A DNA stretch of 64,000 nucleotides from Trichosphaerium sp. ATCC 40318 (taxonomy: Eukaryota > Protista > Tubulinea): contig JALMLS010000065.1 of the NCBI GenBank assembly GCA_038496445.1, positions 186,001-250,000 on the forward strand. The letters run 5' to 3'. Positions 1-12,081 of this stretch are shown here, one piece after another. A model generated the notes under the pieces. The model saw nothing but the letters and a program-made list of their open reading frames with translations. It did no database searches and had not been told where the DNA came from. Position 1 is the stretch's first letter. Every line of letters starts with the position of its first letter. The translations under genes were made by a program, and so were the position numbers.

Positions 1-1195
1 GCAAAAATTTCTGGTAAAGCAGCAGCTATTGAAATACTTATCTCAAGATTTTCTGTGGTACTTTTACTGAAGCATTCTTTTGTTCCCTAGAAACATTAGT
101 TTTAGCCAATCTATAGATTCAATTTGCTATACATTCAACAAATGACACGAAGATAAAAATGGCACTTTCGAATGATTGTTTTCAGGCAAAAACAGGTTTA
201 AAGTACCGTTGTTTCTGTAAACTTCACAGTTTGTTCCTGGTCCTTATCTATGTTGTTACAAAAATTTATTGGTATAAGTACTACTGGTTTAAGACCACCA
301 GTATACTTAGAAAGGTCAGGGTAAACAACATTGCTCAACTCGGAATGATCTATATCCTTTACGAACGTGAAAGTAAGAGCATCAATATCATCACCTCGCC
401 GCCCTTACAAAAAAGTGTCACGTGGTATTTTACTTTCAGTTCTTGGTCCATTTTGCGTACCTGCAATACCAGACAGTATACCACTACCTATATTTAGTAC
501 ATGCTTAGGTTGGTTAGGATCTCCTGTTTCGAATTTTCTACCAAGGTTTGTGTCGAACTAAAAAGACGGTTTTAGAAAAATCCAATGGTCTATTTTCTCT
601 GATCTCTTTTCAAGCGCACGTGCCTTTATATATCCAGCGAGATAACTAAAAACATTTGGGGAAACAATAAAAGAGGTAATACGCTCATCTGGTTCAAAAT
701 TAAAAGATCTAAGCAGAGAATCGGTTTTCCCTGACTTTTGGAGCCAAATTAGGATAATATTATTAAACGCAATGTCGGATGATTAAAACCTCACCATTAC
801 GTTTGATCCATCTGTCAATGTAACACGAATACCAGTAATCTTTCCAAATACCGTAGATTCAGGTGTCCATACGTCTATTGATGATACAAAAGTACCATTG
901 CGATGAAATTGAAAAAAGCCCTTTCAAAAAAAATTTAAAAAACTGATTTACCAAGCTTCTTTCAGCTTTCGTACGCCGCCACAACCTCCATAACATGTAT
1001 CGCCACTGCCTGTGACAAGTATTAAGATTCACCATTCAATACATGTTAACCTAAACCGAAAAACAAACAAAAAGGCTGACGAGGTTGAAAACAGGTTGTA
1101 GTACCTGATATTTCATAGTCGTAAAGCTGAATATTACATTTACATGCGCTAACGTATACGACTAATGAAGCCAAAAGTAAAAAGTATCTAAACAT
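1..1195 (-). CDS. Secreted jacalin-like lectin + aerolysin-type pore-forming protein (natterin-like/Dln1 family), 3' end runs off window
   Basis: Spliced translation: signal peptide MFRYFLLLASLVVYVSA; GGCGG..IDVW..ITGIRVTLTDGS; SFNFEPDERITSF..AGYIKFDTNLGRKF..IGSGILSGIAGRRGDDIDALTFTF; SELSNVVYPDL..FCNN..QEQTVKFTET; ENLEISISIAAALPEIF. Colinear with zebrafish Dln1 motifs recalled from memory. Confidence 0.8.
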
Positions 1196-1459
1196 GCGAT
1201 CTTCTTCGTAGTTTTCAGTTTAAACTTGATCACGTGACTTAAACCTGTTTTGTGACCACACAAAAACCCTTTCAAACTTCACCATGACCCGCAGTTGACA
1301 TCAAAAATATACGCTAGTTATGGGTTTTAAAAATAGGTCTAGCCTTACCAGCCATCTCAGTTAACAACGCAACACTTTATGGAACAAAGAGACGAAGATA
1401 ATAATATCTAGAGATAAGTAGTAACAACATGCAAGGCGTGTTATGGGAAGTCGTTTATT

Positions 1460-2290
1460 TTAACTCACATTAATGAAACGTCCATTAGTCGCATCGTATT
1501 CGAGTGCAACTTCAGTATGTTTCGAATCGAATGTAACCTTACAAAGCTGCGAAGAAGCAAAATTGGATAAAACCTTGTAGCTTCTACCAATAACTGTATT
1601 AGGTTTAGAAGTCGGTGCTAGGAATACATATATATCATCAGAAGGTGTATAAACTCTTTTTGTTCCAGGAAGAAACGCTTCTCCAAAAGTAGCCACGTGT
1701 GGAAATGGCTGATCGTTCACTGTGATGTTTTGTGCTACACCAAAAACGAAATTGTTACTCTGTGATTCGTTGTAGAATATCCCAACTTGATCTTCATCGA
1801 CGTAAGGGGAGGAGATTCCACTCTTGAAATTGTTATGATTGAATGGATAAAGGTTTCCTTAGTTGATTTTCTTGACATCGCCCAAGATTAGCTCAGTGTC
1901 TGGAGCTAGTTGGAGTATGAAGCATATATATATATCGTTCAGAAGTATCAAGGGATGCATAGTTGTATTGAAACGTCGTAATGTCAGAAGTTTTCTAAAT
2001 TGATCAACTTTTCGCAAAATAGCAGGAATCAAATGGTATTCTAGTAGCAACAGCAGGAAGCGTACTCCTTCTGGGATGGGAGAAAAAGGAAGGAACTTCG
2101 TGTGTAACACAACAAACACCTTACAAGTAAAATATACCCTCCAAACATCATCGTATTTATTAACGTGGATGGAAATTCTGGAACTTCCAGAAACCTGTGC
2201 ATGTCCAAGATGGTGAATGCAATACAAACGTTTCATTAGACACAAGCTTGTGGTATTCGTAGGAATTAGGGAACAAAACACCCATAAATC
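1460..2290 (-). CDS. Hypothetical beta-rich protein (5' end unresolved)
   Basis: Long open terminal exon GNLYPFNHNNF..FVFGVAQNITVND..YTPSDDIYVFLA..LEYDATNGRFINVS*; upstream exons ambiguous. Confidence 0.5.
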
Positions 2291-2600
2291 TACTCAAAAA
2301 AAACCAAAGTAAAAGTTCTTACGGGGAATATTACTCAGATTTTATCTAAATAGTGTTCCACAATTACGATAGCAAAACGCCAGTTTCTGCTTTTTTTGAA
2401 CAAACAAAGTCATTTTATAGCAAAGTATCTAGTCCCGCAAATTTCGTGGCATGTGACTGGTAATCCATTGGATGTTACCTGAGATTTTGGACATGTGCCA
2501 CGAAACTTACGGGTCTCATATTGAACCGAATATTTTGGCAAATGCACTATTTTATTTCTCTTTTTAAACAATTCACAAAGGACACATTAAATAAATATTA

Positions 2601-4224
2601 TTACCGTGTGTATCTTCCGTATATCATTTTGAACATTGATTCCAAACAAACAAAAGAAATAGCAGTTTGTGCACCAAGCCTATAAAATCTTGAATTGTAT
2701 CCAGAAAAAAGGCCTTGTACGCCATTCCTGTCAATGACACTAATACCAAAGGATAAGAAAACAACGGTAATAATATACTCTTAGTTTAAGAGAAGAGATT
2801 TATTGACAACGTACCGTTTTACGACTGCGAAGTAATCTGTTAAGCTTTTTTGTACTTTTTGCATTTCATTCAAATTTTGATATTGAAGGTATTCCATCTC
2901 ACTGAAAAGACGTTGAGAGTTCATAGAAACTATATCAAATGGAAGAGTAATCCCTGTAGCAATTGCTCCTTATGTAGAGTTAGAAAAAAAAAGAGTCTAA
3001 CGAGAACAGCAATAGTTGTTAGGAAAAAAAAAAGTACCTGCGAAAGCACCAGCAGCTGCGTGTGTTAGAACGTTATCACCAAGTCCAATGTTTTTCATGA
3101 GTATTTTACTTTCTGAATAACTAAACAAGGATGCACTTCCAGCTAGAGCACTCCTAGTAAGCAGTTTAGCAAGTAAGTCTAAAATAACATTTATATCGCC
3201 ATCACAGCGCTCAAAATCACGATTGTGTTATAAGTTGGCACGTGATTTAAAATGTTTTCTTCAACACTGAAACCTTACACATGCTTATAAGGATTTGAAA
3301 ACGTACCGGAACAAAAATGAAGGGTCAACGCGTAGCAAGCCCATGACACCTTAGTTTTTAACTTAGCAACAAAATAGGATGGTTCGTTAAGGTAAATGAA
3401 AGTACCTTCTGATTTATGTATACACTTTAACGCATCAATAGCATTCTTGTAGTTTTTCTTGTTAAATGGTACTTGCCTAATTTTATTAATGACATGTGTC
3501 ATGACGAAAAGCAGAAAAAAAGAAGAAAGAAACATGAACAAACGTACTGTTTATCTTCAGCCATTCTTTGAAGAACTACTTGTGCAGGGGATGACATAAG
3601 TGTTCCTAAACAGCCAGAAGAAGTAGCACTCATAAATCTATTAAACCTAGTGATTTGTGCGTCTTGGTAAGATGTGTCTATTTGATACTACAAAAAATAA
3701 TAAAATTACTAAGTGAGTTCATTTTTATCTGCGTCCTATGTAGTTACGGACCTGATAATAGCCAAGTGCGAATGTCGTGAATGATACTTCATAGAATATA
3801 GCTGGGCTAGAGGGATTATAAGAGTTTAAACGGAAATTTGTTTTTACAGTTTTTCTTTTGTGTTTAAATCACTTTCTACGCGTACTTTTGTGAGATGATG
3901 TGCTTTGGTAGAGAATTTAACAGCGGAAGAATTGTTCTTGCTGGAGGTTGCTTAAAAAGCGCTGTTCGCATCGCAATACCATCTACTGTTGATTTCCACC
4001 ACGAAAAGATCGGTACTTCGCTCTTATATCGTTATTAGCTCAAAAAAGTGAACCCAGGGTGAATTGTAACGTAAGAACATAGTACATACTAATACAATGG
4101 ATACCGCTACACTTGATGAAACAGCTGCAGCAAAAAACTTTGGTGGAACGCTTTCGCGTTTATCATAACGCCCCGAATTAGAGTACCCTTTTAAAGGGCG
4201 AATCCGTATAGTCTCGTTTTCCAT
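2601..4224 (-). CDS. Mitochondrial carrier family (SLC25) protein
   Basis: Exons give SGCLGTLMSSPAQVVLQRM, NYKNAIDALKCIHKSEG, AAAGAFAGAIATGITLPFDIV, IIDRNGVQGLFSGYNSRFYR: tripartite carrier motifs. Confidence 0.8.
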
Positions 4225-4666
4225 TGTTAATTTGACACCAGATCGAAAAATATTGCGGTGCTGACCATTGTTTACTGCATTAATTCCTGCCTCGTATCCT
4301 TATGCAACTAGACCGCCGTCTAAAGCGTAGTACGTTCCAAATCGTCAAAAACCTAAAAGAACAAGGACACGTGCTATCAATAACGTACACAGCTATGGTA
4401 CAAATCAAAGCTACAATTCATGAGCAAAGGTAGGCAGATTGCTGTAACATTGCAATTAAAATACTGGCAAAATTTGCAACCTGGTTTAGGTTGGGACCTA
4501 CTTAGTCTCCTACAACAAACACCTGGAACACTCTTTTGGGCTTTTCTTGCGTCCAAAATAATAAAAAACACAGGGCGGAAGGTCGCTGTGGCGATCCATC
4601 AGAGTAGATGGCGTGGTTGATACCACAAGTGAAGAATTGTTAGGTGCAACTCCCAACGTCCCCCTT

Positions 4667-6078
4667 AGTTAGCACCAACATAGGCTTGCTTATCCTAAAG
4701 TAAAGTACAATATTTATTTGTGGGTAACATGAGTTGTTCTTTTTGCCTTTTCAGGTTTCATTGTATAAAGTATTGCAAGAACAAAACCAGACTGGAGTAT
4801 TCTAATACATATAACAAAGGCTGCATTAAAAACATATTCTTCTTTCACCTCTGGTATTGTTGTTAATTGTACAATAATGAATACAACTAAAACTATGAAC
4901 GTAAGGAAGTACATGACATCTGTAAATACTACAAGCAAGTATATCTACAAAGAAGGTAAGAATCCTACACAGAAAGATAAACTAGTAACCTTTCGTCTTA
5001 TTGGCTTGAACTCCTCGCTAACACTTAGCGCCTTGTGGATCTTGTATCCCATATAAAACAAGCTGATGGCCAGTATTATTGAAAACACGAGGTACATTAC
5101 AGTGTTTAGTACTATGTTAGTCCTAAAAGCATCTCCTCGTAACATAGTAGCAAGTACAAAGAATGTAATTTCCCCTAATATAAGACCTATTTATATGGTT
5201 TTTTTAGCGATTGATTTGTGGTTATAAAAATAGATTTTATTTCAAAATCACGTGCCTACAATTATTATCCAAGATAGGTAGTTGATAAAAAACCGCATAA
5301 AATGCCCTGGTCTTGGCTCAACCAACGCCCTGAAAGGTAAAGTGTTAACTTATTGGAAATACTGTTTTACACTAAAACGTACCAAAGTCGCAACGTAAGA
5401 ACCGATGTTGGGTATAGTGCCAAGTTACCAAGAGAACTCAGAGCACCCGCTGCTATCCAAGATATGTTTCGTGTATTTAATGGATCAAAAATAGCAGAGA
5501 TTGTCCGCACTGAAAGCGTTAGAATTACAAAGATGCCTCAAAACATCGTTTTTATAAAGCCCGAAATGTTTGCTTACCAATGCAAAATAGAAGGACAAAT
5601 GCCCATAGAAACTTGATGGTTATGCGCTTATGATTATACGGCGGTTTGAAGATCTCAAACCAAATGATCACATACCTTTTATTTAACGTTAAAAAGCTGT
5701 TACCTGTTTAAATGTATTGTACATTGCGTAGAGAGTAAGGACACCAAACCATAGTCCAAAACAGATGTTGTACACCAAAACGAATGTATCTTGCTTCTTG
5801 TTACAACCCAAAATCATGTGATGCTAAATATTGGTGTACCTGAAGCTTTGAATTCGCACCTACAATAGTTCTTTAATAGTTTAAAACTAAATTTAGCACA
5901 AAAAAATGAGGAACAAAAACGTGATTTATGTCATTGCCAAATTTCGGATTGTAGTGCAAACTCTAGGTTAATTTTATTGGTACCATTCTCCTGCACGTCC
6001 GTCAAAGCACATACATGATCCTTGGTAGCATATACCGCCATCAAAGCAGTTATTGTCTAAGCACGTGACATTACTCAT
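4667..6078 (-). CDS. EGF-like domain + multi-pass (about 7TM) membrane protein, copy 1
   Basis: MSNVTCLDNNCFDGGICYQGSCMCFDGRAGEWCEF (EGF Cys spacing) followed by about seven hydrophobic segments over several exons; last exon uncertain. Confidence 0.65.
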
Positions 6079-6129
6079 ACTACACAGAATCGTTAAAAGT
6101 TAGCCTTTTACAAAGAAGTAAAGTTTTTA

Positions 6130-6830
6130 CGGAGTACGCGAAAAGCTGCTGGACTACCAGAAATAGGCACCAGAATTGTAGTTTAACGCAAAACTATACC
6201 CTCGCCGATTGTACCTGTAAATATTGTGGGAGGTTCTGATAGAACGTCGGAAGCGTGGGAATCTCGTTTGAAACCCGTGAGGTGATGAAACTCGGGGTTT
6301 TGTACAAAGGATCACATTGTATAAACTAGGAGATGTTACATTTTGTTTGTTGGCAATAAAGTCAGAACTGCACTGTTTTTTGCTACTTTTTCAGTTGAAG
6401 GGGTAGACCTAAAGTCACTCTTTCGCTACAAGGTCTCGCATGTAGAATCCGGTCCGGCTATAGCCAGATTACGTAAGCTCTCCACACATTCTTATAGGCT
6501 TTAAAAGGTGTGTTGAGCCGCGGAGGGTGAGAGCATAATATTTGTAAATGCGAAAGAACATATTTACAGAAAACAATACACTGCTATGTGCCTTAAAAGG
6601 AAAGTAGCAACTAAACTCCTTGAACACTTTCATGATGTCTACGTACTACAGAACATGTGCACAGTTCCAAAACTACATTCGTCACATGATTTAAATACAA
6701 AACAGATACTTGGCATCACTTTGTGTGTACTACTTGTTGCTGGATTTTTGACTTTGTAAACCAGTATGCTGTATTTCTTAACAGTAGCCACAAGCTTTCC
6801 GTTGTAATGTAAACTCAATCAGTAAAATGC
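6130..6830 (-). pseudogene. Possible decayed protein kinase remnant
   Basis: Broken frames read YNGKLVATVKK, VLELCTCS and SA..YSFAL, resembling kinase subdomains II, V and IX in order; many stops and shifts. Confidence 0.25.
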
Positions 6831-8198
6831 AAATTATTGACTGTTTGCTGTGGTGCCAAAACAGGCAAATTAAACGATTAAATGCTGCACAAACATTTAT
6901 TCATTTATTTAATTTACATGTCTAACGTGAGTTGCTCTTTTTACTTTTGCAGGTTTCATTGTATAAAGTATTGCAAGAACAAAACCAGACTGGAGTATTC
7001 TTACACATATAATAAATACCCCGTGGAAAACAACATGTTCTTCTTTCACCTCTGGTATTGTTGTTAATTGTACAATAATGAATATACCCAAAACTATGAA
7101 CGCTAGACAGTAAATGACAGCTGTTAACACTACAAGCAAGTATATCTACAAAGAAAGTAAGATACCCTACACAGAAAGATAAACTAGCGTAACCTTTTCT
7201 CTTATTGGCTTGAACTCCTTACTAACGCTTAGTGACTTTCGTGTCTTGTATCCCATATAAAACAAGCTGAACCCAATGATAGTTGAAAATACAAGGTACA
7301 TTATATTGTACACTACTATGTTTGTCCTAAAAGCATCTCCTCGTAACATAGTAGCAAGTACAAAGAATGTAAGCTCCCACAATATAAGACCTGTAGAAAT
7401 TGTGTTTTTTTAGCGATTGATTTGTGGTTATAAAAATAGATTTTATTTCAAAATCACGTGCCTACAATTATTATCCAAGATAGGTAGTTGATAAAAAACC
7501 GCATAAAATGCCCTGGTCTTGGCTCAACCAACGCCCTTAAAGGCAAAGTGTTAATCTATTGGAAATACTGTTTTACACTAAAACGTACCAAAGTCGCAAC
7601 GTAAGAACCGACGTTGGGTACAGTGCCAAGTTACCAAGAGAACTCAGAGCACCCGCTGCTATCCAAGATATGTTTCGTGTATTTAGTGGATCAAAAATAG
7701 CAGAGATTGTCCGCACTGAAAGCGTTAGAAGCCACAGTACTCAAAATATCGTTTTAAAAAGGCCCGAAATGTTTGCGTACCCACACAAAATAGGAGGACA
7801 GACGCCCATAGAAACTTGATGGTTATGCGCTTATGATTATACGGCGGTTTGAAGATCTCAAACCAAATGATCGCGTACCTTTTATTTAACGTTAAAAAGC
7901 TGTTACCTGTTTTAAATGTATTGTACATTGTGTAGAGAGTAAGGACACCAAACCATAGTCCAAAACAGATGTTGTACACCAAAACGAATGTATCTTGCTT
8001 CTTGTTACAACCCAAAATCATGTGATGCTAAATATTGGCGTACCTGAAGCTTTGAATTCGCACCTAGGTAATTGTTTTAATCTTGCTTTCATTTATTGGG
8101 TACCATTCTCCTGCACGCCCGTCAAAGCATGTACATAATCCTTGGTAGCATATACCGCCATCAAAGCAGTTATTGTCTAAGCACGTGATGTTACTCAT
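6820..8198 (-). CDS. EGF-like domain + multi-pass (about 7TM) membrane protein, copy 2 (tandem duplicate)
   Basis: MSNITCLDNNCFDGGIC..; about 1.3 kb near-identical to 4720-6100 including introns. Confidence 0.65.
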
Positions 8199-8738
8199 TA
8201 TTCTACACAATCGTTAAAGATTGTTCAAAAAAGCACATTGCAGTTCTGATTGTGGTTTGAAAATAAAAGGGACAACCAGATATATGTCACAACAGTATGG
8301 GAGTACAACACCTGCATAATAGCAATTTTGCGAAGCACCTGGCACCTTTCGAGTACTGAAAAAGTGCTTTTGCTCCAAATAACGACAATACTGATCTTTT
8401 TGCTGCCCTTCTTGGGCACTTTTTTTCGAAATTACAGCGGATCAGGGTTTACAATACTCTTTGCATAACGTGATTATGTATTGGCGTTTGAAGAAACCAC
8501 GTGTTAAGATGCCTTGTTGCACAACATTACTTCGAAAAAGAACACATTTTTAAGTCAACCTTCGCTCTAATCAGAATCGAACTCTTTTGAAGAATTGTTG
8601 AATCCATCAAACTATTCGATCAATAATACTAATTGGTTGGCTATAAACTCAAACACCGTACGTCATTTTTGGAAAGTTAACTTAACTACTAGTGATAAGC
8701 ATGGTGAGCTTCTTCAATCGTCAAGCTAACAGTCTAAG

Positions 8739-11354
8739 ATGCCACCTAAGAGGAAGAGAGATACCCAAACGGACCCAAGCGCCAAAAAACAAAAAATGAA
8801 AACAAAAGCGACAGGAAAAGCATCGTACGTATAACTGACGCTTACATAAAGTGTTTGACGGCGTACTAGAACCTACAAATTTCCAGATAACACTGACATT
8901 GGCAAAATTGAGCTCCCATTCTCTTTTGGGGACTATGGAAGTGGTACGCGCATTTTTACATTTTACATTACAGGAAAAGCGCCATTTCTTGTAAAGCGCG
9001 GTTTTCTGGAGTGTCAAACTAAAATTGCTTAGGACGTGATCCTAGAAGCTTAACAGAGCTCAGAGTACTCTCTTTGATGCAAGAAATAGCAAAAAAGCCA
9101 AACTGGGTTTCAAAAATAAACAATGACAAAATCGTCGCCAAGTGGCGTAAAGAGATGAAGAAAGGAGGTATCTCCAAAGAGGAAGAGAAATATGTATTGT
9201 CAGAAATGAAATACCACGCTTCGAACGTAAAGGACGATGGAGTCGCGTTTTCTGGTGTAGATGGTGTATACCAAGCTGACGGTATTATACCTGCGACAAT
9301 ACGTAAGGATCTTATAAACGGAGTGAGTAAACTCGAAAATGTTGATGAATCCAAAAAAGATTGGCATCCAGGTTCGTTTTGTGATACTTTTTTTTGGATT
9401 TAATTTTTGGTGTTGTAGGTTCTGATAATACTGTTTTGGATCTTGTTCATCCTTCTCTTTATTGTTATGTAAAGGGTGAATCACGTGTAATCAAAAATAA
9501 GAAAGCACAGCCTGTTCTATGGGTAGACTTTTTGGGGTCTGGTAAGTTGTTTTTTGGGGTTTTTTTTGACTGCATTTGGCTAACTAGTTAGTACTCACTA
9601 TTTTATTCTTCAGGTGTTCAAGAACCAGCTGTAGAAAAGAAAGAGCCTGAGAAAAAACCTGCCTGGGGAAGGTCATATGATACGAGCGTATTTCGTTCAA
9701 AAGTGTACCAGTGGTTACCTTCTGATGTGACAGTTTATCCAGATGGACATGTCACTTTTGATTCTTACATTAATAACCTACATCCACACTTACATGCGCC
9801 TTTATACAAGAGTTTAGAGTCAATATTCTCTTTATTTGTTCCTTTATTTGGAAAAGTAATTACAGCGGCTGTTAACAAACCACTGACGAGAATCGCTGCA
9901 GACATTGACTACGTAAGTTTTTAATTTTGTTTTTTATTCTGAATGAAAGCAGCTTTCCTCTTTCTCATTTAAATCTGTTCGCTTGGTTGTTTCAGTGAAA
10001 AACAATGTTTGGTAGTTACTATTAAAGCCATCGGATGCAGCAGCCTTGCCTGTAAAAAATTGTTAAGCACTTTTTGGTTTTCTATTGTTCTTTTCTTGAT
10101 TCTTCTATTGACGTTCTTGCACCAGGGCTCAGAACCTGAGTTTTTGGATTCTAATGGAGAAGAGGATTATGACAAAATGGAAGAATATAGAGAACACAGG
10201 TCGCCAAAGGAGGTGAAAGTTCCACCATTTTCAAAACCTGCGGAGCCATCTAAGATAATCGATTTGAAAGGAAGAAAACTACAAGTCATTGTGAAGCTAG
10301 CAAATATCCAATTGACACCAGAAAAACCAGAATATGAAGGTGGATCTTGGCATGTAGAAGGAATGGAAAATGAAAGGTACGTACAAAATAATAATCTCAG
10401 CGCACGTGTTTCTTCAAGCGAATTTTTTTTGAAAGCAAAAACATTTGTACTAACTCTTCACCATCCACAAAATTCAAAATATGGTGTTGATAAACACGTT
10501 TTGTAGGAACGAAAAGTACTTTTGTTTTTCTTACTCTTTCGCTAGTATTGTGTGTACTGGTATTTACTACTACAACACTGTTAATATTACAGCTTCTGAG
10601 CTCCGTTTTCGTGAGGCTGTATGTGAACCAGACTACGAGCAATGTGACTACAATGGGGTAAACAAATGTAGGATTTTTCATTTCTGACACTTTTCTTTTA
10701 GCCTCCTGCTGTTTATGGACTCCATAATGAAGGACCACTAAATCAAGAAGTAGGAGCTGTTTCAACTATTGAAGGACGTTGTCTTTGCTTTCCAAACATC
10801 AAACAACACAGAGGCAAGTAAAGTTTTAGTTCTTTTGTAGACATACTCCAAGTTGCTCAGCACTGCTCAGCATCGTGGTTCATAACAGAGTTTATTGTGG
10901 TTGAAAAACCCTTGAACTAGTTTTATACTACCTTCGTTTGTACCACGCGTTTTTTAAAAGATTCACGTGATATTGTTGAGGTTTTTTCCACTTGTTTTTT
11001 TATTGTTACTTATTGGTTTTGCGTTTAGTCCCTCCATTCCAACTCAAAGATAAGTCAAAACCTGGCTACCGTAAGATATTAGTATTCTTCTTGATAGATC
11101 CAGCAAAACGAGTATTATCTACTAGTGTTATTCCACCACAACAACGTTCTTGGCTCAAAGGAGAACTTCACCTTATTTTTAGCAAAGTTTTCCCTCCTGA
11201 ACTTATTAATGCTATTGTTGATTTTCTCGATTGGCCAATGTCTTGGGATACGGCAGTAGCTCATAGAGAAAAGCTCATGCATGAGAGAAAGTTCATACAA
11301 CAAAAGAGTTCCACGGAGTACTTTGAGCGTGAGTTCTCTTTATGTGAGCATTAG
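8739..11354 (+). CDS. DUF4246 family protein (2OG-Fe(II) oxygenase-like fold)
   Basis: KPNWVSKIND-like motif, DWHPGSDNTVLDLVHPSLYC, YQWLPSDV, SYINNLHP, LQVIVKLANIQLTPEKPEYEGGSWHVEGMENE, RKILVFFLIDP, REFSLCEH*. Possible ATG-only first exon at 8701. Confidence 0.88.
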
Positions 11355-11399
11355 GCCTTAAAAATAATAAAAAACAGACATCTACTTATAGACAATTTG

Positions 11400-11900
11400 T
11401 TTCGTATATTGTTGCATGTAGATAAATCGACCAAACCAAATTGTTTTCTTAGCGCAGTCTGAAACAGCCACACAAAGAGTTTAACTTTTGTACTTAATTG
11501 AAATTAGCCAGCAGCTTCTTTGTTCTGTAACACCACAGCCATTTGCCGGTAGAAAGGTTAGTCTTAAAGGTCTTTTACCTAGCAAGTCTCAGCAAGTGAC
11601 AGCCAGGTTTTAAAGTTAGCAATGGAATGGTTCGTTGAACTAATTCGCAAGACAAAGCTTAATTTAAGTGAATATATGAATAATTTACGACGGAAGTACC
11701 CGTTTTATAAAATGCGAGCTGCAGTTTTTGGGCCTTCTTTTGAACAGTATGTAGCCAAGGAGAATCGAAATTGGCCGAAAAAGCTAAACGGTGGTTCTTA
11801 ACGCAAGAAAAACGAGAATTTAACTGAAAAAGCGGGGACGGCGTGCGAGCTAGCAGGCGCAAGTTTGACAATGCCGCAGAAGCGCCAAGGTGCAGTTATA
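11400..11900 (-). pseudogene. Decayed relic related to 16560-17000 (F-box/LRR-like pseudogene 5' part)
   Basis: Shares LFQLNSRFS and IHLN..SCE with 16740-16930 and 30110-30300; stop-ridden. Confidence 0.3.
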
Positions 11901-12081
11901 TCAAGCCAGGTCCAAGCTTGACGTCGGAGACATATAGTGAATGCACCTGAACAGGTTCGCTCAGGAAAAGTTCAATGAACGCACGTGTTGACGCAACATT
12001 TCACATGAAATTCACATCCGAGACCAATAAAAACATTTTTCATAAACCACAAACATCAAACAAAGCAACAACGTTTCCTTG

